64,000 nucleotides of DNA, from assembly GCA_963976765.1 (NCBI GenBank), contig CAXBME010000018.1, positions 1 through 64,000 on the forward strand, in the 5' to 3' direction. The notes beneath the pieces are model-generated. The model worked only from the letters and a program-made list of their open reading frames with translations. It was not told where the DNA came from and made no database searches. The DNA comes from an uncultured Planctomycetaceae bacterium (GTDB lineage: Bacteria > Planctomycetota > Planctomycetia > Planctomycetales > Planctomycetaceae). The translations under genes and the position numbers were made by a program. Shown here one piece after another: positions 31,319 through 39,943 of the stretch (its first letter is position 1; each line of letters begins with the position of its first letter).

Positions 31319-31696
31319 ATGCTCCGACCTCTTGACGACGGTCTCGCTCCCGTTTCATCTGAAGAGCGACAATCCTGGCTACACGATATACCCGTTGACG
31401 CCTCAGGTTGCCCGACCAGCGACAAATCTGAAGGGTTGCTCCGACTGTTTTTCGAGAACCCTGATTCGTTGTTTGAACTTGAGTTGCTGGCCGAAGACGT
31501 GATGATCAGGCCGCTGGAGTTACGTTCGCGTTTGAGAGTGATGACCGCGTTGAATCTGATCGAGGAGTACCCAGTTAATAGCCTCGTCTTTCGACGTGCG
31601 CAACGCATCTGGAACAGGCAGCTTTTTGAGAGTGTGAGCCAACACGTCCGCGCCGATTCACCGATTGACTCAGCTCATGTGCGACCTGCAGCGTGA
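31319..31696 (+). CDS. Small hypothetical protein, winged-helix-like
   Basis: LLRLFFENPDSLFELELLAEDV..RPLELRSRLRVMTALNLIE helix pattern. Ends -AA. Confidence 0.55.
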   Translation: MLRPLDDGLAPVSSEERQSWLHDIPVDASGCPTSDKSEGLLRLFFENPDSLFELELLAEDVMIRPLELRSRLRVMTALNLIEEYPVNSLVFRRAQRIWNRQLFESVSQHVRADSPIDSAHVRPAA

Positions 31697-31699
31697 GGC

Positions 31700-33922
31700 T
31701 TAAGCTCGTGGCATCAGGCGCTGGTCCACGTCCTTGCCGAGTTCAAGTTGATCGAATCGCTGATACTCCTGCAGATCCTCTCGGGCCTGCATTTGGTCAA
31801 TATCCGACTGCAGTCCAGACGTTTCTTCGCCGACCGCCAGTTTGCCGGATTCGCAGATCACGTATACAAACCCTCCGGCACTTTTCACCGCGCTGGCAAC
31901 GACCTCGTTTCCTTGCGTGACGATGTAGGTTTCAGGCAGGTTTCGGTCCTCTTGCGGTTCCAATACCGCTCTGGTACCTACGGCGAACGCAAACGGGAAC
32001 GGTGTATCGCTTCCTTGAACGACGTGAGCGTCACGAATTGGACGTAGCAGGGAAGGCAACGACTCGATGGTGACAGTCAGGACTTTCAGGCCGAGTCCGG
32101 CGAGTTCCTTGTCCATCGAGCTTCGCTCACCGGAAATGGTCTTGTGTTGTCCCGGCTGGTCCCGCAACTCAACCGTCGTTGATTCTGCGGTGCGAAAATG
32201 CCCGCTGACCGGAACATGCAGGATCACTCCAGAGAATCCCTTCCTGTGCGCTGCCTTGATTCCGGACAGGACGTTGCGGCTGTATCCGTAAACCACAATT
32301 GCTTTCAGGTCTTTCAGGAGAGCCGAAGCCAGTTCTCCGCAAGCGTCGCAATTGGCTTGCCTGTCTTTCATGAACTCTTCGACCAGATTCAATAGTTCAC
32401 GAGTTTCATGATCTTTCGGTTTTGACTGATCGCCCCAGGATTCCACTTTACGATTGATGTCGGCTGCCAGTCTTCGCACCATTGCGTTAAACGGTTGAAC
32501 AGACAATGCGACGGCCGCTTTGTGCCCAAGGCGGCTGTTGATTGTTTTGGAATCGGGTGACGTGAGTCGGCCAAGTTCGTCTGATAAGGTGCGATGCACG
32601 ACAAGGGCGAAGCTGCAGGCAACCTCTGTTGCGCAGGTCGTGGCTGCCAGTTGAAGCGCCCAGACTTTATGAAAAAAGTCGAGTGTCGGCATTGCCAGAG
32701 GCTGAAAACGCAAGGAGCAGTTCCCAGCAGAAGCGGTGTATGCTGTGGCTTCGTCTGCTGCGTTCATCTCAACCGAAAGCAGATTCAAGTTCACGAATTC
32801 GAGTCTGGTGTTTGCACAGCCCTTCAGGGACGGAGTCACTTCATCAACAATCGACTGAAGTTTCGTACGCAGATACTCAAGCCCCGATAGTATGTTCAGA
32901 ATCAATGGCATTCGAAGTTCCGGCTTCGGGGGAGCCTTCTCGAAATTCACAGGCTGAGGCGAGACTGCCGTCATGACGATCGCATGGGCGCCGTGTTTCA
33001 CATCGACATCGGCGACCAAGTCGACAATTTCACGGTAGAAATCTTTCGGAGTGTCAGCCATGGGACGTTCCATCGGCTTCAGACGCTCCACGACATCCAG
33101 TGGGCAATACCCAGGCTGAATGCGACACGCCATGGCCAGTCGCAACAATGCTGCCAGCTTGCGAAGGTTCACGTTCCACCAAGGGCGATCGCTGGTTTCC
33201 GTGTCATCCAGCAGTTCACCTTTGTCGTCCTTCCGGAGCGTCGTGTCCAACGTGGTGAGGTCGAATCCTGCCCGCTGAGCCTTACACAGTTTCGCCAATA
33301 GTTCTCGATTCTCCTGACTCCATTCCTGGTGTCTCTTCCAGGTAGTTGTCAGGTAATCAGCCGTTCGCTCTTCGTAGTCAACGGCGAGTTTTTCGAGTTG
33401 ATTGTTCGGTTTCGGCAAGCGGTGAACAATGCGGCTGGCTGGGGGGGCAGATTCAGTCCGATCCGACCGTTCGGCTGGGGCGACTGGAAACTCGTCTTCT
33501 TTAAGTCCCCACAACAGGCCGATTGGATGCAGCCAGACGGCAGAGACCAACAACAAAGCTTCTCGCGCGGTCGGAACAAAGCTTCCATACGCCATCGTTG
33601 TACCGGAACGTGTCCCGTAGATGATCCGATTCAGGAGTTCTTCGATGGCCACACAGTGCTCCATCTGGAAATGCGGCTCGAACTCTTCCGCTACCGGATA
33701 GAAATCGCGGTGTTCCATGAACAACGATCTCCACAGGCCGACAACCTCTTTCCACCGTGCGGGATAGTCTTCCTTCCGGAGACTGCCCTTGTCATCGTCA
33801 TCGTCGAGCGCCAGTAACCGCTCGCGGAGACTGGCGTGAGGAACATTCACTGGGCGGTGGGTGCCTGTCGCTTTATCGGGACCAGGAAGATCTTCCCAGT
33901 TGGAATCTGAACCGTCACTCAC
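31700..33922 (-). CDS. Fusion of degenerate HD (HD-CE-like) domain and eIF2B-alpha/beta/delta / R15P-isomerase-like domain
   Basis: GTG start at 33922 after AAGGAG. HD-like PHFQMEHCVAIEE...EALLLVSAVWLHPIG...LAALLRLA. IF-2B-like QPFNAMV...AIVVYGYSRNV...VGTRAV...QGNEVVASAVKSAGGFVYVICESGKL. Confidence 0.7.
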   Translation of the reverse strand: MSDGSDSNWEDLPGPDKATGTHRPVNVPHASLRERLLALDDDDDKGSLRKEDYPARWKEVVGLWRSLFMEHRDFYPVAEEFEPHFQMEHCVAIEELLNRIIYGTRSGTTMAYGSFVPTAREALLLVSAVWLHPIGLLWGLKEDEFPVAPAERSDRTESAPPASRIVHRLPKPNNQLEKLAVDYEERTADYLTTTWKRHQEWSQENRELLAKLCKAQRAGFDLTTLDTTLRKDDKGELLDDTETSDRPWWNVNLRKLAALLRLAMACRIQPGYCPLDVVERLKPMERPMADTPKDFYREIVDLVADVDVKHGAHAIVMTAVSPQPVNFEKAPPKPELRMPLILNILSGLEYLRTKLQSIVDEVTPSLKGCANTRLEFVNLNLLSVEMNAADEATAYTASAGNCSLRFQPLAMPTLDFFHKVWALQLAATTCATEVACSFALVVHRTLSDELGRLTSPDSKTINSRLGHKAAVALSVQPFNAMVRRLAADINRKVESWGDQSKPKDHETRELLNLVEEFMKDRQANCDACGELASALLKDLKAIVVYGYSRNVLSGIKAAHRKGFSGVILHVPVSGHFRTAESTTVELRDQPGQHKTISGERSSMDKELAGLGLKVLTVTIESLPSLLRPIRDAHVVQGSDTPFPFAFAVGTRAVLEPQEDRNLPETYIVTQGNEVVASAVKSAGGFVYVICESGKLAVGEETSGLQSDIDQMQAREDLQEYQRFDQLELGKDVDQRLMPRA

Positions 33923-34292
33923 GAGGCTTCTCCTTGCCAGGGGCATTCATTGCCGTTGCCTGGTGTTCCACCACGATTCAGTCTACTGAACCGGAGGCAA
34001 CTCATTCCGATCCATCGATCGGCGATGGAAAACTACTCAGCATGCGTTGTAGTTTCAAGTGAGTATGTGCAATTTTGCGCAGATGGATATAAGGTTGGTA
34101 AGGAGTCGCTGGCGAGTGAATTCGGCGACCAGCTTCTGCCCTGCCGCGTGATCCTCAATGCTCGTTGAATGTCAGTTTCCAGTTAACGGTCTATGACACG
34201 AATGCCCATAGGGACAAGCACGGCGGGATGTATTTGGCATAACACCTCTGGTGTGTTGTTTGAGTCGTCTCACTCAACTACGGCAACGATTG

Positions 34293-36050
34293 CTATTGCC
34301 GGTCTCCGGAGTCAGCAATGTCGATTCGATCGAATAGTTCGTCCAAAGACTTTTGGGGAGTGTGGCTCAGCCAGGAGAAATTGCTGTCGCTGGGCGGCTT
34401 ATTGAAGACTCCCACGACAGGCGTGTCTCCCCCCAATGCTGCCCCGAATTCCTTCATGATTCTGCTGGGATCGAAATCTCGCGACGGTTCCTCGAAAACG
34501 AGAGCGTTCAGTCGGAATCTGCTTGAAGTTTTTCTCAGCGAACGCGTCAGCGCCAGTGCATCCTCTTCAGGGAGGCAGATGGCTGGATGTTTTTTCGTCG
34601 GATGCAGCGCCGCAATCCCGCCAGGGAAACGCTGCGGATGAGCAATAATCAGGCTAAACCCGATTCGTGCGTCCGATGACGGTCGCGAGTTGCCGAACAG
34701 TTCAGACAACACGGCGACAGGGTTCTGAAAGTCGGAGCCAGTCGCGAACCGTGTTCTCAGACGAGACCACACTACGTTTTCAAGATCCAATTTGTCTTTC
34801 AGAACGTATTGTATCTCACTGGTGAACTGGTCTTTGAAACCAAGCCTTTTGAGTGCCAGCAGTCCAGCCCATACCGGGCAGGTCAGTAGTTGATCCTCGA
34901 GTATTGTGTCCGTCGTTCGGCTTTCCGGCACGGTTGAGAGGTAAAAAATCTGACTCCAATCGCCGATCGTCATATCCTGCAGACGAGGCTTGAAAATTTT
35001 ACCTGGCAGGACATCGGCAGTTTGACAGACGATTTGCGCTGCGAGTTGTGCGGGTCGAGGTTTCGTCTGCCTGCCAGCTCGTGGGGCGAGCATGTCCAGA
35101 AGCTCGCTCCACGCCACGAACTGACTTTTCTGGATCGTCTCAAACAACAGTTTGCTGTCGAGCTGTTCCGTTAACTGATTCAAGGTTGCTTGAAAGCCGG
35201 TCAACGAACTCGAAGGCGGTTGGATGATCAAGTCGAGCAGGACGGCAACATTGTCGGACGTTACGGCAGAACTTGTATTACGCTTCAGGTCAATCTGCTC
35301 GCCAAGCGGCTTAAGAATCTCAAATATCCATGTCTCGCGTTTGGCTGCGGCTGGAAACTGTCCGCTCAGCCAGTACTCAACTGCCGACAGCCCCGCTGCC
35401 AGACGTCCCGCTGCCGATTCCGCTCCGCTGAAAAAACCAGCCACGTGGGCGATCGCCAGGCCAGGACCAAGTATCGGCCACTTCTGCCGCACCATTTTTG
35501 CAAACGCAATGATCCCTTTTTCCGCATCAGCCAGTCGACCGGCTGGTGTGAATTCGTTGTCGATCGCGATTAAGTATTCTTTTACTCTCTTCCAGGATGG
35601 CCTCGCGCTGATCAGGCCGCACTGGACGAGTCTGGAAACGCTGGCTGGACCATCTGACCAGTCGTCACGTCGTTCGATTTCAGTTGAAGAAGTAGCTGGG
35701 GCACGAAGGATGAGTTGGAGCTCTGCGATCAGTTGTCTCGCTTCCGCTACCTGGTCGTCGGGCTGGTCCTGCAGTGTGCCCTCTACGGACGTGCCATCAG
35801 CGTAGCATCGCCGTGTCCAGCGTTCGGCGTTCGGATCAGGTCGATCCAGCAGCGGCGCCATCTCGACCAGTGCGGATCGTAGATTGTCGGGTAGTATTCG
35901 TTCGTCGTTAGATTCGTCTAGATCCTGAGATCGTTGAATGATCGTTCGATCCAGCCGTTCGGTCAGCCGATCTTGAGAGCTGAGCAGAGCCAGTGCTTCA
36001 AGCACGACGTTTCGAACCAAGCAGCGGTCGTCATCTGAGAGTGTTGCCAT
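34293..36050 (-). CDS. Hypothetical helical protein with C-terminal pseudo-receiver-like domain (possibly the split C-terminal half of the upstream NTPase)
   Basis: Long ORF, ATG at 36050 after GAAAGG. C-terminus ...LNALVFEE...DTPVVGV...TPQKSLDELFDRI. Confidence 0.6.
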   Translation of the reverse strand: MATLSDDDRCLVRNVVLEALALLSSQDRLTERLDRTIIQRSQDLDESNDERILPDNLRSALVEMAPLLDRPDPNAERWTRRCYADGTSVEGTLQDQPDDQVAEARQLIAELQLILRAPATSSTEIERRDDWSDGPASVSRLVQCGLISARPSWKRVKEYLIAIDNEFTPAGRLADAEKGIIAFAKMVRQKWPILGPGLAIAHVAGFFSGAESAAGRLAAGLSAVEYWLSGQFPAAAKRETWIFEILKPLGEQIDLKRNTSSAVTSDNVAVLLDLIIQPPSSSLTGFQATLNQLTEQLDSKLLFETIQKSQFVAWSELLDMLAPRAGRQTKPRPAQLAAQIVCQTADVLPGKIFKPRLQDMTIGDWSQIFYLSTVPESRTTDTILEDQLLTCPVWAGLLALKRLGFKDQFTSEIQYVLKDKLDLENVVWSRLRTRFATGSDFQNPVAVLSELFGNSRPSSDARIGFSLIIAHPQRFPGGIAALHPTKKHPAICLPEEDALALTRSLRKTSSRFRLNALVFEEPSRDFDPSRIMKEFGAALGGDTPVVGVFNKPPSDSNFSWLSHTPQKSLDELFDRIDIADSGDRQ

Positions 36051-36069
36051 GTACCTGGACCTTTCGCGT

Positions 36070-37992
36070 TTACGTGAGGTGCCACCAATGCGAATCGACA
36101 CTGGAAGGAGCGTCTTCCAGCAGGCTGCTCAGCGAAGTAAAGAAATCGCTACCCGCGCTCAGGTCAATTGGCGTCGTGGAATCCATAAGTCTGGCCAGAA
36201 CAGACAGGGCCATAGTCACGACATGCAGACTTCCCGGTTCTTCAAGGAGTCCATTCGCCGAAGCGTCTTCGATGACCAGTTGAAAGACCAGGCCGAGCAG
36301 TGCTTCATTCATTAGCCGGTCGTCGGTGACTACATCGGGAACGGCATTCAAGAGCTGGAGCTTCGTCAATTCGCTGTGCAGCACTGCCATCGATCCGGCA
36401 GCCCGTTTGACCAGCACAAGTTCCCACAGAATACGATTGTGAATGTCCGACTTGTAAACTGCGACGTCTTCTGTTCGAGCCATTCCGTTCTGCAGTGCGG
36501 GTGGGAACGCCGGAGTTCCCTGAGATCGTGTCACAATCTCGGTGTCTGGCGAGAACCCTCTGAAATTCTCGAGGGTCATCTTCTCCGGAGCCGTCCAGCC
36601 ATCGGGAATCGGGTCGGCGACAATTAACGTAGCAGGACGAACTCGAATTACGTGCCGAATGAAACGGCGGATGTCGCCAGGGAGATACTCAACAAAGATA
36701 CGACGCCCGAACCAGGTTGTAGACACTCCGGCCGGTTCTCTGAGTTCCTGCTGTGACAGGTCGTCAAAGAACTGTCGGTGTGTCAGGAAGCAGAAGAAAG
36801 CCTTCTCCGCAAAGAATTGCTTCAGATGAGTCAGTGCCGTTTCGATTTCTGGGATGAGGTTCTTTCGCTTGTCGAGTTCATCAACCAGGAAAACCGGCGA
36901 GATGCCACACTTCTTCAATGCATCAACGATTCGTGGTAGATCTCGATGAAGAGTCTTCAGTGAGTAGTCACGGGTAAACCGACGGTTTGTGATTTGACTT
37001 CGTTGTTGCTTCCACGTTCCAAACAAAGAGAGCCCCAGCCCTGTTCCAATACTCGTCAACAGGCCAGCAAACAGGGCCGTAGCGGAACTGCAGTTTGTGG
37101 CGGCCCCACCAGTGGCGACAAGCCCTCCGCTAAGTAGACTCGCAAGCAACCGACGCCACTCTGAACCATCGATTCTGCTGAATGCATCATTGCCACGTGT
37201 TAGCATTTTCTCATCACGGTCGGCCTGCTCTGAGAAGAGCTGGCCAATCAGCCTGAGATAAAGCTCGTTGAATGTCGTCAGAGCACCGAGTTCTGCCGTT
37301 GACTGATTGGCAGGCAAACGTGGATGTCGACTTCCCGGAACTCTTGCTCCAAATTCATTGCGCCGAAACAGAGCCGTGCCGTCGCTGTCGTGGCTTAGGT
37401 ATTGAAACCTTCTCCAGTGGTCCCTCAACGTTCGAGGATCGATTGATGCCTCAACGTCCTGCTCGAACTGTGCCAGCATCTCAGCCAATTCGTCGGAGTC
37501 GCCGACTGATGCATGCATCCTTGCCAGAAACTCCCGAAGGACCGCTCGATGCAATGCGCAGCACAACTCAAGCAGCAACTTTCGGTGCGGTTTCGGGTTA
37601 CTGACATCCTCGTCGGGCAGTTCGATGTCAAGGAATGCGGACGCGGTAATCGGGACCGGTAGCAGGCGGACGGGTTGGCCCTGGCGGATCAGTTCGGCCT
37701 GGAGTTCGCGGATGACCCACAGGGCTGTACCGGTTTTCCCGGAACCTCGTTGACCGGCAATCAAAACGGATCGACCGCTGATCAATGGGCGGCGAAACTG
37801 GGGTTCGGGAGAACGGCGACCGGCATAGAGATCGAGTTCGGATTTCAGTTGTCGACTTGCTTTTGAGGCGACGTAGGGAGTCGATCCCATATCGTCCGAT
37901 GCCACACTCGAATCGTCGGAAAAGATAGCAGTCAGTTGGTCATCCCACAGCAGCGCATCGGGTTCCCAGATTGGCTGAAGATCAAACGGCAC
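36070..37992 (-). CDS. KAP-like P-loop NTPase with inserted transmembrane hairpin
   Basis: Walker A IAGQRGSGKT, two hydrophobic segments, Walker B VFLVDELDK. GTG at 37992 with AAGGAG RBS, 1 nt after the upstream stop. Confidence 0.78.
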   Translation of the reverse strand: MPFDLQPIWEPDALLWDDQLTAIFSDDSSVASDDMGSTPYVASKASRQLKSELDLYAGRRSPEPQFRRPLISGRSVLIAGQRGSGKTGTALWVIRELQAELIRQGQPVRLLPVPITASAFLDIELPDEDVSNPKPHRKLLLELCCALHRAVLREFLARMHASVGDSDELAEMLAQFEQDVEASIDPRTLRDHWRRFQYLSHDSDGTALFRRNEFGARVPGSRHPRLPANQSTAELGALTTFNELYLRLIGQLFSEQADRDEKMLTRGNDAFSRIDGSEWRRLLASLLSGGLVATGGAATNCSSATALFAGLLTSIGTGLGLSLFGTWKQQRSQITNRRFTRDYSLKTLHRDLPRIVDALKKCGISPVFLVDELDKRKNLIPEIETALTHLKQFFAEKAFFCFLTHRQFFDDLSQQELREPAGVSTTWFGRRIFVEYLPGDIRRFIRHVIRVRPATLIVADPIPDGWTAPEKMTLENFRGFSPDTEIVTRSQGTPAFPPALQNGMARTEDVAVYKSDIHNRILWELVLVKRAAGSMAVLHSELTKLQLLNAVPDVVTDDRLMNEALLGLVFQLVIEDASANGLLEEPGSLHVVTMALSVLARLMDSTTPIDLSAGSDFFTSLSSLLEDAPSSVDSHWWHLT

Positions 37993-37993
37993 T

Positions 37994-39274
37994 CTAAGAC
38001 TCCTTTTTCTTCGGAAGCTTGCCGTTACCGCCGCCAGAATTCGTCTGCTTTGTCGTGTCCCCGAGTTCGTTTTTTGTCGTGTCAGGAGTTCCGTCACTAG
38101 GAGTCGTGATGTTTGAAGCTTTGGCTCCATCACTGGTCGCGCGAATATTGGTTGCGGGAGTACTGGGCAATTCGAGGCGGCCCGTTGATACATACGCCAG
38201 GCCAATCCACGCGATGACACTTGCGGTTATCAATAGCCCCAGTGCGCCAGCCGGTCGGATGTGGATTCCCTGTACTCCACCTCCAAAACCGCCCCAATGA
38301 AGCTCGAAGGCTGGCTTGTGTTCTCCTTTGGCGAGAACAATCAGCAGCAGATGCGTCAGTATGGCGATGGCCGTTCCAAGCAACAGAAGAATCGCCTCTG
38401 ACCGCGTGACAGGGAAGAACAGTCCAAGGATTACACAAGGCATCAACAGAAACGACGCAATCAGTGAGTTCTTCAGGTGAGGCAAAGTCTTAAGGTTAAG
38501 TGCCTCAAGAACAAAAGCATCGAACGCAGCCAGAATCTGCTTTGAATTTATTGTCATTCGCTCAGTCAAATTCCTGCTGCTGGCTGGGGCAATCGGAAAA
38601 TGCGATGTGGCAAGCAGCTCATTCCCTTCGGGTGTATCTTCTGTGTCAGCGGATGGTGCTGACCGACTGGGTGGTTGACGGCTGATGTCGCCGTTGTGTG
38701 CGTTTTCAGTGACGTTTGTCGAATCGGTCAAGGTGTCCGCTGGTTCTATCGGTCGAAGTGTCGCCCTGATTGGCTGGTTCAGATCCGTGGTGATAATTCC
38801 GAAGAGGCACATTCCGAGAAACGACAGCCCGAAGATCCAACTGGCGGGCCGGCTACTGAAATCTCCGGTGCTAAGCAGCAGAAAGCTCGGCAGGACCAGC
38901 ACAGTTGACACAACCGCAAGATTGCGGCAGGTCATGCGCAGATGCCACAGGTAGTTGTGCAGGCTTTCACGTGACGGGGTAGTAAGGTGCCGATAGATGT
39001 CGTCCCAATAGGCGTCTGTTGAGTCTTCGATCGATGCGGCATTCTGGCCGTGGGGAAGGAACGAAAAGGCGCGTTGTATTACCAGCGTCACCAAGCCTAG
39101 GGTGTAGACGACGGCAAGGGCAACTAATCCATGAGCGACAAGTTGAAGCTCGCGCATTGGCATCAGTGTCGAGAATGGCACGAGTCCAAGGCTGCAGAGT
39201 CCAGCGGCCAGAAGAATTCCAGGCACCAGGATACTCGGATCAAATAATCGTGTGAGGATTGAAATTTGGCCCAT
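37994..39274 (-). CDS. Multi-pass membrane protein (~7 TM) with HWGGFGGG motif
   Basis: Four hydrophobic segments, a polar linker, then three more around FELHWGGFGGGVQG. Confidence 0.7.
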   Translation of the reverse strand: MGQISILTRLFDPSILVPGILLAAGLCSLGLVPFSTLMPMRELQLVAHGLVALAVVYTLGLVTLVIQRAFSFLPHGQNAASIEDSTDAYWDDIYRHLTTPSRESLHNYLWHLRMTCRNLAVVSTVLVLPSFLLLSTGDFSSRPASWIFGLSFLGMCLFGIITTDLNQPIRATLRPIEPADTLTDSTNVTENAHNGDISRQPPSRSAPSADTEDTPEGNELLATSHFPIAPASSRNLTERMTINSKQILAAFDAFVLEALNLKTLPHLKNSLIASFLLMPCVILGLFFPVTRSEAILLLLGTAIAILTHLLLIVLAKGEHKPAFELHWGGFGGGVQGIHIRPAGALGLLITASVIAWIGLAYVSTGRLELPSTPATNIRATSDGAKASNITTPSDGTPDTTKNELGDTTKQTNSGGGNGKLPKKKES

Positions 39275-39943
39275 GTCTGCCGTCTTAGTGGGAGTTCAGA
39301 TTGCGGAGAAGTTATTACCCCGAAAATTTGAGAACTGAGCATTCTGTTAGTAGTGGGGCGCACTTCGCAACTCAGGAGCGATGGGCAGCTTGTGAGATTT
39401 AGTGAAACAGGTAGGCTTCTGGGCCGATCGCGTTTCAACTCGGTATGATGTTTTCCACCGACGTACCACTTCGTTTCATGCTGTCGCTTTGCAGGCTCGC
39501 TTGCGCCGAACATCCTGCCATTGAGAATTGATGCCCGCGGTTGGGCTCAAGTGACTTCTGGTTGCAGTTGATCTTCAGTTCGGATCCGGTCGGGTGTGGT
39601 TTCTGGTTGTACCGATTATGACGGCGTGTCGCTTTTGGCTGCCCCGGTAAATTGAGGGTTTTGCCATGCTGATCCTGACGTGCCTCGCCGGCGCGGGATA
39701 ATTGGATGGGAAATCTGCGCAGTTTGTGCGTTTGATTGGGCCTTCGATCGGATCGTGACATAGGTTTGTCACAGACTTCCGACTGCTCTCGTTTGCCGTC
39801 GGAGCCTTTGTTGACGAGTCCATCAAAGTTCCACCGCCGGGAAATTCCGGCTTTGAGTCCAGCTCACGAGGAGCCGGCCTGATATGCATTGAGGCGGTTT
39901 GCGGCATCGTTCCGCGGGAACTTATCGGAGCAGCGAGTCAGGT

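Noticed and set aside
37993..38220. N-terminal 76 aa of the 716-aa ORF call
   Set aside because: Overlaps the upstream gene. A GTG with a strong AAGGAG at 37992 is the better start.
39275..39943. Hidden Flp pilin gene or c-di-GMP riboswitch upstream of the Tad cluster
   Set aside because: No G|xxxxEY pilin-like short ORF and no GEMM-type consensus recognised by eye. An Infernal search would be needed to exclude it fully.
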